DNA from: an uncultured archaeon
Lineage (GTDB): Archaea > Thermoproteota > Nitrososphaeria_A > Caldarchaeales > Calditenuaceae
Direction of reading: 5' to 3'
Assembly: GCA_937921685.1 (NCBI GenBank)
Contig: CAKZUF010000020.1
Location: forward strand, 52 to 64,051
Length of the DNA: 64,000 bases
In this document: piece after piece, positions 18,190 through 27,709 of the stretch
Layout: each line of letters opens with the position of its first letter
Position numbering within the stretch: position 1 is the first letter of the stretch
The notes under the pieces: model-generated
The model's input: only the letters and a program-made list of their open reading frames with translations
Told to the model about the DNA's origin: nothing
Databases searched by the model: none
Made by a program: the position numbers and the translations under genes

Positions 18190-18912
18190 TTGGCTGTGGC
18201 TGTTGAGGCGGAGAGTGTCTGGAAGTTTTTCGGCGAGAAGGCGGCTTTGAAGGGGGTTAGCTTCAGGGTTGGCGTTGGAGAGGTTTTCGGCTTGATCGGC
18301 CCCAACGGTGCCGGCAAGACCACTTGTTTCCGGATCATCGCTACGATTTTGAGGCCTAGTAGGGGTGGTGCAAGGATATTCGGCCTCGACGTGGTGAAGG
18401 ATGCTCAGGCGGTGAGGCGTTTAATATCGTATCTTCCAGAGGAGGCTGGTGTGTATAGGGGCCTTAGTGGTGTGGAGTACATTCGATTCCTTGCGAGGGT
18501 CTATAACAGGGATGAGGGGGAGGCGCTGCGGGAGGCTGAGGAAGTCTCTGGGCTCGGTGAAGCGCTTCGGGCTAGAATGGGCTCGTACAGTCTAGGGATG
18601 AGGAGGCGTATTCTCCTGGCAGGGACACTGATCGCGCGTCCGAGGCTAGCCATCCTAGATGAGCCGACAGCTGGCTTAGATGTTATGCACGCGGTATATG
18701 TGAGAGGGGTGATAAGGAAGTATTCGCGCCAAGGTATGACTTTTCTTATCTCGAGCCATAACATGCTGGAGGTGGAGTATCTCTGTGATAGGATCGCATT
18801 TATCGATGGGGGAGTGATAATCGCGGAGGGTGAGCCGAAATCCCTGATGGAGCGCGCGGGAGCAGAGAATCTTGAAGAGCTCTTCCTATCACTGAGGGGG
18901 GGTGGTAGATGA
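18190..18912 (+). CDS. ABC transporter ATP-binding protein (ABC-2/exporter type)
   Basis: Walker A 'GPNGAGKTT', signature 'LSGGMRRR'-like 'YSLGMRRRILLA', Walker B 'ILDEPTAGLD'. A TTG/GTG start at 18190-18196 is preferred, because the longer ORF overlaps the tRNA-Gly promoter. Confidence 0.8.
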   Translation: MAVAVEAESVWKFFGEKAALKGVSFRVGVGEVFGLIGPNGAGKTTCFRIIATILRPSRGGARIFGLDVVKDAQAVRRLISYLPEEAGVYRGLSGVEYIRFLARVYNRDEGEALREAEEVSGLGEALRARMGSYSLGMRRRILLAGTLIARPRLAILDEPTAGLDVMHAVYVRGVIRKYSRQGMTFLISSHNMLEVEYLCDRIAFIDGGVIIAEGEPKSLMERAGAENLEELFLSLRGGGR

Positions 18913-20225
18913 GTTTTAGTGCCCTTGTTTGGAAAGAGTTGCGCGAGCTGCTAGCCGAGAAAACAATCCTTATAGGCGTTTTACTTATGCCACTCATTCT
19001 CTTCCCACTCCTCGGATTCACGATGAGCGCGGGATCCTCCGCAGCAGGGAGGGCACAGCCGGGATACGAGGTTGCAGTACTGGACAGAGATGGTGGATGG
19101 GCGTCCCACGAATTATTAGAGACCCTGGGTAGAACCGGCGTCAGATTAAAGCCCGCTCCGAGTGGAGGTGACCCGCGCGAGATTCTGGAGGGCCTAGATT
19201 CGGGGCTTCTCATAATCATTCCCGAGGGCTTCTCCCTGAACATCACCAACTACAGGCAAGCCTTAGTCCAACTATACTACCGCCTCGAGAGGCTCTCGAT
19301 TAGTGAGCTGCAAGGCCTCTCAAACTTCTTAGCCCTCTTCCACCGTTTATCAGCCAATCTCGGCGAGAGGCTTGCCAGCAGTGATGGAATCGATGTGAGT
19401 TTCTATAAGTCGCCATTCACGGTCTCAGAATTTATCGTCTATCAAGGTCAAGTGTTAGGCGGGGTGTCCACTGCGGTTCTCCAGCCCGTGCTCTATCTCT
19501 CCCTGATAATACCGCTCGGAATCTTCATACTCGCTGTAACAGCCGGTAGCGTCTCGGCCACGAGCATAGCTTTAGAGAAGGAAGCGAAAACTCTCGAGAT
19601 ACTTCTGACCCTGCCCATACACAGATTGAAGCTCCTTGCAGCTAAGCTTCTAGGCTCGGTCATCTTGGCGGCTCTTGGGGGAGCCTCATTCATGATAGGA
19701 TTCCTCCTCTACTTCCGGGGGATGATCTCTACAATGCGTCAACCCTTAGGTGACGGTGGTCAAACAAGTGCTGAAATGTTGGCTACGGTTTACAGCTTGT
19801 CTGCACCGGTCCTTATTCTCTTGGGCTTGATCGTGATAATTTCGCTTGCGCTGACGCTTGCGGTCGGAATTCTGGCAGGCATCCTGGCTGGGGACGTGCG
19901 TGGAGGGCAACAGCTCGCATCCCTCCTGCTAGCCCTACTCTTCCTCCCCCCATTCATCCTACAGCTGCTCGGCGGGGTTGGCGCCCTTGACTCCGCATCC
20001 CGCACTATAATGCTGTTGAACCCTGTGACACACGTGTTTCTAGCACTAGAGTCGGTCACATCCTCTGATTTACCAGCCGCCATAACACACATGCTGGTTA
20101 CCCTCGCTTGTCTCGTGTTATTGCTGAGCGTTGCGGCGTGGATCTTTAGCGGCGAGAGGCTGATATCACTGAGGGTCAGGCTGGTGCGGAAAGGTGTCCT
20201 CGATACCGCGCGGAGGGCGGGATAG
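18909..20225 (+). CDS. ABC-2 family transporter permease
   Basis: 438 aa. It has an N-terminal TM helix, a periplasmic-type loop and a C-terminal bundle of 5 TM helices. It overlaps the ATPase stop. Confidence 0.7.
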   Translation: MSFSALVWKELRELLAEKTILIGVLLMPLILFPLLGFTMSAGSSAAGRAQPGYEVAVLDRDGGWASHELLETLGRTGVRLKPAPSGGDPREILEGLDSGLLIIIPEGFSLNITNYRQALVQLYYRLERLSISELQGLSNFLALFHRLSANLGERLASSDGIDVSFYKSPFTVSEFIVYQGQVLGGVSTAVLQPVLYLSLIIPLGIFILAVTAGSVSATSIALEKEAKTLEILLTLPIHRLKLLAAKLLGSVILAALGGASFMIGFLLYFRGMISTMRQPLGDGGQTSAEMLATVYSLSAPVLILLGLIVIISLALTLAVGILAGILAGDVRGGQQLASLLLALLFLPPFILQLLGGVGALDSASRTIMLLNPVTHVFLALESVTSSDLPAAITHMLVTLACLVLLLSVAAWIFSGERLISLRVRLVRKGVLDTARRAG

Positions 20226-20269
20226 TAGAAGATATTTACTATCGCCAGCACCTACCTGAGACGGGACTC

Positions 20270-21865
20270 TTGCTGTGGGAGGTATTAGCGGCGGTAGCGC
20301 TATCTTGGGCTAGAATTGCTGCAGCCCTGGCCCTATCAGTCTTAGCCGCCATTATCGTTGGGATATATTCGGGGATGAGCAGGCGGGTTGATAGGGTTGC
20401 GATCCCCATCCTAGACGTTCTCCAGAGCGTGCCTATACTGGGCTTCTTCCCGCTGGCAGTCTATGTGCTGGCACGAGCCGTACCGATCCTAGGCTATGAG
20501 CTCGCATCGATCTTTCTCATATTTACCTGCACGTTCTGGAATCTGGCATTCGCTGTCTATGAAGGGGCTCGATCAATTCCACAGTCCATGATCGAGGTTG
20601 CGGAGCTCAGCAAGCTGTCACTGAGAGATCGGCTTGGGAAAATCTATGTGCCGGCTGTTTTCCCCAAGATTGTAGACCAGTTGCCCGCGAGTTTAGCAAA
20701 TGCTTTCTACTTCTTAGCAGCCAGCGAGGTAATAGCTCTCGGAGAGGCTGAGGTAAGGGTGGCGGGTATAGGGACGCTCATCCTGAGATATCTGGAGTTG
20801 GGATACCATGCAGGCATCGCGATCGGTCTACTTGCGACGGCCCTCAGCATTATCGCCGTATATCTCCTCATCCTGATGCCTCTCATCTCCTATTCAGACA
20901 GGTATAGGTTTGACATAGCTCAGCCTCCAGCGGGGCAGAGGACGCCGATGATCATGGAGCTCTATACCCGCATCAAGTCTATTCACGCCCCACTGAAACT
21001 GGAGCCTAGGCGTATTGCAGGGCTTACCCACCGCGTTTTCCCAACCCAGCTCGTCAACATAAGGTATGTGGGGAGCGACATCAAGCGGCTAATATTCATA
21101 GTCTTTATTATTGTTCTGCTCGTTTTCGCAGGGCCGAGGATATATGCTAACATAGGTGATGTGTGGACTGCGGTTTCCAGCGTGGCGGGTGCTGGTGTGA
21201 GGCTAGGGTTGCTGAGCATCGGCGAGGCACTCGCCTACTCCTTCTCCCGCGTATTAGTATGCTTAGCGCTTATGCTTGCAATCAGCCTACCCATAGCCTA
21301 TATCATTTCTGAGAAGCCACGTGTAAGAAATACTCTCCTCCCCGTACTCCAGATCGTCGCCTCTCTCCCCTCGCCGCTAATATTCCCAATCATCTCGGGC
21401 TTCTTCGAGGGCGGCACACTCTCAAGAGAGTTAGGGGCGATACTGCTGATGTCGCTTGGCTCGGTGTGGTATGTTTTCTACTCAACACTAGGCGGCTTCA
21501 ACAAGGTCCACGAAGAGTATCGAGAGCTTGCCAGACTGTATAAACTCTCAGGGTTCAACAAGTTCAGGTATATTTACCTCCCATTCGCGACCCCATCGAT
21601 GGTGACGGGGTTGATAACTGCTACGGGTGGTGCATGGAACACTGTGATAGTTGCGGAGAGGCTCGGTGAGGGGGGGAGAATATTTGAGATCCAAACTCCG
21701 GGTCTAGGTAAGCTGATGTCCACGCTAGCGGAAATGGCAGACACCCCGGGCCTAGTGTTCACAGTTATAGTTATGACGGTCTTCGTGATACTCGTCAACA
21801 GAATATTGTGGCGAAACCTCTACGACTATTCTATAAAGGCGCTGAGGATCCATGAGCAACTCTGA
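20270..21865 (+). CDS. Fused (duplicated) ABC permease, binding-protein-dependent type (NitT/TauT-like)
   Basis: 531 aa with two EAA-like loops ('EVAELSKLSLRDRLGKIYVPAVFP' and 'EYRELARLYKLSGFNKFRYIYLPFATP'). Confidence 0.7.
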   Translation: MLWEVLAAVALSWARIAAALALSVLAAIIVGIYSGMSRRVDRVAIPILDVLQSVPILGFFPLAVYVLARAVPILGYELASIFLIFTCTFWNLAFAVYEGARSIPQSMIEVAELSKLSLRDRLGKIYVPAVFPKIVDQLPASLANAFYFLAASEVIALGEAEVRVAGIGTLILRYLELGYHAGIAIGLLATALSIIAVYLLILMPLISYSDRYRFDIAQPPAGQRTPMIMELYTRIKSIHAPLKLEPRRIAGLTHRVFPTQLVNIRYVGSDIKRLIFIVFIIVLLVFAGPRIYANIGDVWTAVSSVAGAGVRLGLLSIGEALAYSFSRVLVCLALMLAISLPIAYIISEKPRVRNTLLPVLQIVASLPSPLIFPIISGFFEGGTLSRELGAILLMSLGSVWYVFYSTLGGFNKVHEEYRELARLYKLSGFNKFRYIYLPFATPSMVTGLITATGGAWNTVIVAERLGEGGRIFEIQTPGLGKLMSTLAEMADTPGLVFTVIVMTVFVILVNRILWRNLYDYSIKALRIHEQL

Positions 21866-22622
21866 AATACTATTGGAACTCAGGAATGTGACACACGGGT
21901 ATAGCCTGAGGGCTGGGTCGACGCTCAAGGTTATAGAGAACCTGAACATACAGGTGGGGTATGGAGAGTTTCTGGGGATAGTGGGTCCGAGTGGATGCGG
22001 GAAGAGCACTATACTCCGGATTATGGCCGGACTCATCAAGCCCCTCTCAGGAGCCGTGATATTTCGCGGCGAGGTTTTGAACGGCACTACACCGCGCATA
22101 TCCCTAATGCATCAGATCCCGACGCTGCTCCCCTGGCTTACAGTTAGAGAGAACATATACCTCGCCCTAACGTCTAGGAGGGATTTGTCTGAGCGCGAGA
22201 AGCAGTTAAAAGTTTCTGAACTTCTTGAGCTTGTTGAGCTTAGCGGCTACGGATCTGCTTACCCCTATGAGCTGAGCGGGGGTATGAGGCAGAGGGTTGC
22301 GCTTGCCAGAGCGCTTGTCACAGACCCCGACCTCCTCCTCTTGGACGAGCCTTTCAGCAACCTAGACCCACTGACCTCGCTCAGCTTAATTCGCGAGATA
22401 GAGGGTATGTGGTTTGACACGACACTTCCGCCTATCTCTGTAGTGATGGTGTCTCACAACATTGAGGAGGTTGTCATGCTTGCCGACAGGGTGATTGTGC
22501 TGGGGGGTGGGCGGCCTGCAAAGATTCTAGCTGAGGTTCCCATAGAACTCCCACGGCCGAGGAACAAGAAGTCGGAGGAGTTCTATAGGCTTGTCGACGA
22601 GCTTTTCTCCCTGATTAGCTAG
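21852..22622 (+). CDS. ABC transporter ATP-binding protein (NitT/TauT family)
   Basis: Walker A 'GPSGCGKST', signature 'LSGGMRQRVALARAL', Walker B 'LLLDEPFSNLD'. It overlaps the permease gene by 14 nt. Confidence 0.85.
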   Translation: MSNSEILLELRNVTHGYSLRAGSTLKVIENLNIQVGYGEFLGIVGPSGCGKSTILRIMAGLIKPLSGAVIFRGEVLNGTTPRISLMHQIPTLLPWLTVRENIYLALTSRRDLSEREKQLKVSELLELVELSGYGSAYPYELSGGMRQRVALARALVTDPDLLLLDEPFSNLDPLTSLSLIREIEGMWFDTTLPPISVVMVSHNIEEVVMLADRVIVLGGGRPAKILAEVPIELPRPRNKKSEEFYRLVDELFSLIS

Positions 22623-23118
22623 CCTTTACCCCGCGCCTAGCCTTGAATAAGCCTCCCTCCCCATTATACTCCAAGTAACCGGTCGTGACCAGCCAGTCGA
22701 GGAGGAAAGACTTCGCCATGGCGGCGCTCTCGGGGCTGTCGTCGCAGAGGTTGAGTTCTCTGCAGATCTGCTCGACTGGGATAGGGTCCTTCTTTTCAGC
22801 CATATATCGGATTATTGATTTGAAGGGCTCAGCGTTTTTTGTCAACTCGCGGAGCATCTTGATTTTACCGGAGTGCCTCCGTCTCGAGAAGGATCGACCC
22901 AATTCAGTCAGTATTGCGTCACCCTCATCAACCCTAACCAAGCCGAGAGCTTCGCAGGCCTCGAGTATCTCTAGCACAACCCCCGACTCCATTCCAACCT
23001 CGCTTACAAGCGTGGCTACATCTGCCCTACCATTCAGCAGCTCTAGGACCTCAACCAACCCCGAAACCATTGCAGGAGTAACGCGGAGGGGGCATCTTGG
23101 CCCCTGTTGGTCCAACAC
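22615..23118 (-). CDS. Hypothetical protein (possible winged-helix-like domain), convergent with the ABC ATPase and overlapping it by 8 nt
   Basis: 167 aa. The ORF is clean and acidic, and I recognised no motifs. Confidence 0.4.
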   Translation of the reverse strand: MLDQQGPRCPLRVTPAMVSGLVEVLELLNGRADVATLVSEVGMESGVVLEILEACEALGLVRVDEGDAILTELGRSFSRRRHSGKIKMLRELTKNAEPFKSIIRYMAEKKDPIPVEQICRELNLCDDSPESAAMAKSFLLDWLVTTGYLEYNGEGGLFKARRGVKAS

Positions 23119-23213
23119 CCTATCGCATATTTTATCTCAATTCTCATATATAACCATGCGGATTTATATTTGGCAGATTCTCCAGAAAAACGAGGATAGG
23201 GTCCTTGCTTCCA

Positions 23214-24353
23214 TCAAGGGCTCAGAATCATTTCGAGTATTCTTTCAACTGGCCTAACATTGGCGGCAAAACTAGAGTACCTTCGGAGGGCCGCGGCTTC
23301 TATCTCGTCTAAAGCCCTCTTAACAGATGCTGAGAGGTTCTCAACACTTAAATCCCCCTCTTTGAGGATGATAGCCACCCTGTTTTCGGCCAGTGATTTT
23401 GCGTTTGATTCCTGCTCCGTCTGCCTCGGTATAGGGACCACGACGAGTCTACAGTTAAAGGCTAGGGCCTTGGCTGCGAGTGTCTGGCCTGCGCGCGTCA
23501 CTACAACATCTGAGGCCGCCAGCAGCTCATACTCGTCCTCATACCACTCCACAAGCCTCACACCCTCTTTTATCTGACCTCCGACAACGCCTGTCATTAT
23601 GGCTTGAAAGTCTTTTTGGCGATGGAGGAGAGGCATCATGAGGTCTCTGAAGCGTATGCGGTCCGGGTAAGGGCCTGTGGGGATTACCGCTACTAGTGGG
23701 ATTGAAGGGTCGAATCCTAGCTTCTCCTTGAGCTTACCGCGAGGGGGGTAGTCGCCCGGTAGCCTCTCCAGTATCGGGCCTACATACTCTGCACGCGGTT
23801 CATCCACCTCGCGCATCCTTAGATTCTCTTTGGAGATTATGAGGGGGGGTGGGTAGTCGGCTATTAGTAACCTATGTGAGAGGCTCCAGGCAACTGTGAA
23901 CGAGTTTATGATGTCTTCGAAAAATGCGGCTAGTCTGGGTAGGCGGTCCTTCTGCAACAGGACGTTGTATTGGTTGAGTATAAGGGTGCTTGGGATGCCG
24001 GTTAGGCGGGAGGCTAGGACAGCCGAGGCCCTAGTGTCTGAAACTACTGCATCTGCTCCCGATTCCTCAATGATTCTAGCTTCAATGAGTGTCTGGGCAA
24101 CAACTTTTAACGGTAGGAAGACATTGTGTAGTATTGTTGCTTTTATGCTCACCGCTCCCTGCGCATCACGTCCATAATCTATTGAGGGCACCTTCAAGAC
24201 GCTCAGACCCAGCCTCTCAAAATAGCCGACCGCATCACCATAGGTGGAGATCGATACTTCATGCCCCCTCTTGATGGCCTCGAAGATTATTGGCCGGCAC
24301 CTAGACGCATGCCCAAGCCCTATACCGCATACGCTGAAGTGGACGCGCGCCAT
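23214..24353 (-). CDS. GT1-family (MGT/UDP-glycosyltransferase-like) glycosyltransferase
   Basis: 379 aa. N-terminal 'HFSVCGIGLGHASRCRPI' resembles a GT-B fold, and C-terminal 'TRAGQTLAAKALAFNCRLVVVP' resembles a nucleotide-sugar binding site. Confidence 0.6.
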   Translation of the reverse strand: MARVHFSVCGIGLGHASRCRPIIFEAIKRGHEVSISTYGDAVGYFERLGLSVLKVPSIDYGRDAQGAVSIKATILHNVFLPLKVVAQTLIEARIIEESGADAVVSDTRASAVLASRLTGIPSTLILNQYNVLLQKDRLPRLAAFFEDIINSFTVAWSLSHRLLIADYPPPLIISKENLRMREVDEPRAEYVGPILERLPGDYPPRGKLKEKLGFDPSIPLVAVIPTGPYPDRIRFRDLMMPLLHRQKDFQAIMTGVVGGQIKEGVRLVEWYEDEYELLAASDVVVTRAGQTLAAKALAFNCRLVVVPIPRQTEQESNAKSLAENRVAIILKEGDLSVENLSASVKRALDEIEAAALRRYSSFAANVRPVERILEMILSP

Positions 24354-24378
24354 AGAGTCGGCTCCCTTATATCGTGCT

Positions 24379-24993
24379 TTAAGCGTGTGATGCCTTGAGT
24401 GTTATTCTCTTGACAGTGCCCCGCGGTGTCTCTTCTGCGAAGATATCCGCGTTAAACCTGTAGATCTTTACGTCTCCCCTCAGCCAGTCCGTGGGCCTCA
24501 ATCCAGCCTTTAGACAGAGGTGCATAAGGAACTCTTCCGCATCCCAACCATATTCCACGGGGACTTGGGGGAGTAGTAGGCCGGCGCCCTCATCTGCCTC
24601 TATGATTAGGCCGTCGAGGCCTATCCTGATGTGTCCAGGGAGTGAGGACCGCGGCACGGCTGTGATCTCTTCGGGCTCTGTGAGTAGTGTCAGCTCTACA
24701 ACCACTTCATCAGCCTCGGACTGGGTTAGGGGCGGGAACCGTGGGTCGTAGAAGGCTGCAAGCCTAGCCGCCGTGATCGTGTCGTCGACGATATTGGAGC
24801 GGGGGAGTGGCAGGCCCATACACCCCCTCAACTCCTTTGATTCGTGTCGATAGAGTGTGACGAAGACTCCTCTGCGGATGGTCAAGCCTCTGAGTGGGCT
24901 CTCCAAATTCAATTCCTTCTCCAGCCCCAGATCTTTCATAATCGCGGACCTGGCAAGCCTTACCAGCCCCATACCCACCTCTTCACTTATCAT
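24379..24993 (-). CDS. AMMECR1-domain protein
   Basis: 204 aa with the characteristic 'LRGCMGLPLP' motif. Confidence 0.8.
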   Translation of the reverse strand: MISEEVGMGLVRLARSAIMKDLGLEKELNLESPLRGLTIRRGVFVTLYRHESKELRGCMGLPLPRSNIVDDTITAARLAAFYDPRFPPLTQSEADEVVVELTLLTEPEEITAVPRSSLPGHIRIGLDGLIIEADEGAGLLLPQVPVEYGWDAEEFLMHLCLKAGLRPTDWLRGDVKIYRFNADIFAEETPRGTVKRITLKASHA

Positions 24994-25020
24994 TCCAGCA
25001 ACATATGTGGAAACACTCTT

Positions 25021-25497
25021 TTATTCCTTGCTCAAACCCACTACCAGTCTTTTCACCCTCTCCAGAGTTCGTGAAATGTTCCTCCAGTGCCCACCAACCC
25101 AATATTCCTGACCGCACGAACCGCATTTCCACCTATTGTTAGAGGATGGTTGGAGTTGCCCATTGCAGAGGGAGCAGAGCCTAAACTTAACGGCTAAGAA
25201 CTCGTCATAAGATATGCCATACTCGTTCTTTAGGTGTATGGCGATGTGTGAGAGCTGGTCCTCAGTCCCGCTTAGCGGAAGGAGGATGGATTGTCCCCCT
25301 TTAGACAATATCCGCCTGTAGAGCTCGGTGTCTGAGGTGAGGACTATACGCCTCTCCTCAGACGCCTTATGAATGATCTCGTCATCCGCTCGGGGATAGT
25401 AGATGGTGTCGTATCCGAGCATTCTAAGCCAGCGCGTGAGTTTACCGTGCATCGAGTCTGTGAGGAATTTAAGTTCCCGCGACGCTTCCCTTCTCAA
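25021..25497 (-). CDS. Mut7-C RNase domain (PF01927/DUF82) protein with a C-terminal Zn ribbon
   Basis: N-terminal 'LKFLTDSMHGKLTRWLRMLGYDT' and C-terminal 'CSLCNGQ...CGSCGQEYW'. Confidence 0.7.
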   Translation of the reverse strand: MRREASRELKFLTDSMHGKLTRWLRMLGYDTIYYPRADDEIIHKASEERRIVLTSDTELYRRILSKGGQSILLPLSGTEDQLSHIAIHLKNEYGISYDEFLAVKFRLCSLCNGQLQPSSNNRWKCGSCGQEYWVGGHWRNISRTLERVKRLVVGLSKE

Positions 25498-26047
25498 GTT
25501 CTAGCCGGCACTCCTCGCAGAGATACTGGTCATCAATTCTTACAAGCATGTCACTCCACTCACCGCACGAGTCGCAGTATCCCTCGAGGTAGGACTCCCT
25601 CTTCACGATGGGCCCACCGCTGAGCCTGAACTGCTCCTTGATGATGGATATGATGTCTGGCGTAATCTTGAGGACATCTTTAAGGCTTATAATTCCTTGT
25701 ACATTCCCCTTGTAGCTTACTATCAGCCTGCTAATTCCGAGCCTGCTCATCAGCCTGACGGCGTCCTCCAGCGTCGCGGAGGGGTCTACTGTTACGAGGG
25801 GGGAGGACATGATCTCCTCAAGCCTCACCTCGCTGGGCCTTCTATCCCGAGCCACAACCTTCTCTACTAGGTCCCTCTTAGTCACTATCCCCACTGGCCG
25901 CCCATCCTTCCTTACAAGTATGCTGCTTATCTTGTACCTGGCCATTACCTCGGCGGCGACGTTGGCTGTGCTCTCCCCTCCCAACTCTATGACTGGGCTT
26001 GTCATTACTTCCCGGACTGTTATCTCCTCGCTTAGGAATGGGCCCAT
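25469..26047 (-). CDS. Tandem CBS-domain protein with a C-terminal zinc ribbon
   Basis: Two CBS repeats plus 'CDSCGEW...CEEC'. Confidence 0.75.
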   Translation of the reverse strand: MGPFLSEEITVREVMTSPVIELGGESTANVAAEVMARYKISSILVRKDGRPVGIVTKRDLVEKVVARDRRPSEVRLEEIMSSPLVTVDPSATLEDAVRLMSRLGISRLIVSYKGNVQGIISLKDVLKITPDIISIIKEQFRLSGGPIVKRESYLEGYCDSCGEWSDMLVRIDDQYLCEECRLELEKGSVAGT

Positions 26048-26428
26048 CCAATGAATCCCTGAACACAGCCTGATAAAAACGTATTGGGTAGTACCCAGCC
26101 ATCGTAAAGACCTTCAGCTTCCCACTACCCACAGCGTCTTAAACAACTCCTCCTCCCTTCACGGCCCCCCACACAGTCGTATCTAATTTGAATGTGCAGC
26201 CACGATTTGTGTTAGGTGAACAAATGGCTAAGAGGGGTAAATCGCAGGTGAGCCTTGTATCCCTCAGACAGGTTTGGCCACCCCAAGCGTATCTATGAAT
26301 ACAACACATCTCTCATAATTTCTTTTTCCCCATATACCCCATAACGATAGATGTAGCTCGGATTCTCAGAACTCCTACCCCCTTCACGGCCACTTGACAT
26401 GAACTGTTTCGGAATATCACCGATTTAA

Positions 26429-27259
26429 CTATCTTCTCCTGTCTTCTGATTCCCACGGTAGGGAAATTTTGAGGCTTCGTGAGTAAAGCCCCTCTACCCC
26501 TACCAGCATATTCAGAGCCATGCGATTTGCCTCGACCTCCAGTCCAGGCGGTTCGTTTCTGAAATCCCAACTGTGCTTTCTTATGAATTCTGAGAGATAA
26601 TTATTTACCAGCTGAAGGTGTTTGATCTCTACTTCCATAAGCGTATATACCACGTCAAGCGGGCTCTTGAGCTTGCTCTGACTGGCTATTCTTATGGCGG
26701 ATATAAAGTGTGGAAGACATAGACCCCTTGAGGCTTTGAAGTCTTCACGAAAGTCTTTATCGTCTAGCATCCTGACGAGCGTCTCCAAATATCCCTTCTC
26801 CGATGACCATAGAGATTCGCATGCTGGGCATGGTTTTTCCCCCACTATTGCCCGCTCTAACCGGCTGCTGAGCAGGACGAGTGCCTGTCTTTGCCTTCTC
26901 CTACGAGCAATGGCACTGCCACCACTCGATTTTCCGAGGGCACTTAAATTGTCAGGGTTTAAGGATGCAAGTGCCTTAATGATACTTTCAACGACCCCTT
27001 GAATATAGAGTGCGTAGCCTAAGCCATCCTCGGTACCGCCTCCATCAGCAGTCTTGAGAAGTAAGTGCATGTGCCGGTTGCAGAAGCCCCTAGCTGCCAA
27101 AACCCTCTCCCTGAACTCCGGGCTCATAGTTACTTCGTTCTTAAGCAGATACTCCATAAGACGTTTCTCACTCTTAATCCAGAGATAACATAGCGGACAC
27201 CTATCTGACCTCTCGATCCCTTCAAGAATGGCTATCGTCAATATGTTCTTTTCTATCAA
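26429..27259 (-). CDS. Hypothetical protein with an internal tandem duplication of a CPxC...F/L-C-x-x-H metal-binding module
   Basis: 276 aa. The two repeats are 'RCPLCY..EYLL..FRERVLAARGFCNRHMHLL' and 'PCPACES..ETLV..FREDFKASRGLCLPHFISA'. Confidence 0.5.
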   Translation of the reverse strand: MIEKNILTIAILEGIERSDRCPLCYLWIKSEKRLMEYLLKNEVTMSPEFRERVLAARGFCNRHMHLLLKTADGGGTEDGLGYALYIQGVVESIIKALASLNPDNLSALGKSSGGSAIARRRRQRQALVLLSSRLERAIVGEKPCPACESLWSSEKGYLETLVRMLDDKDFREDFKASRGLCLPHFISAIRIASQSKLKSPLDVVYTLMEVEIKHLQLVNNYLSEFIRKHSWDFRNEPPGLEVEANRMALNMLVGVEGLYSRSLKISLPWESEDRRR

Positions 27260-27709
27260 CTATCACACCTCCTCAGCATGGATACTTCGCAACCAAAGTA
27301 GCCGAATTGATCGAAATACATTTGCAAACAGTAGCATGGCAGGCTACAGCCCGGCGCGACATTGTCTTTCTAGCATTTTTCCCATATTTAAGACTGGGTC
27401 TCGACTTATGTGTGGGCCATGGTTTATATTTGGTCGGCCTCATCTCCCAAGGCAGGCCATCTTCTTCACAAAAGGGGCGGACACTATTCACTCCCGTCCC
27501 TCCCAGGGATCCACGACCACTGGGCTATCAATGTTAGTCAGATAGGTGATTGCGAGCAGTGTCAGTAGATTGTAGTGTGAAGCGCGGGGCGTAGTGGTTT
27601 AAACCGGAGCCCCGTTGGATAAGAGATATGGGGTTGGGTTAAGAATGCTTCTGACTCTTCCCACTCTCTCGCATCATTACAAATCTGGAGAGGGACACTG
27701 CTATATACA

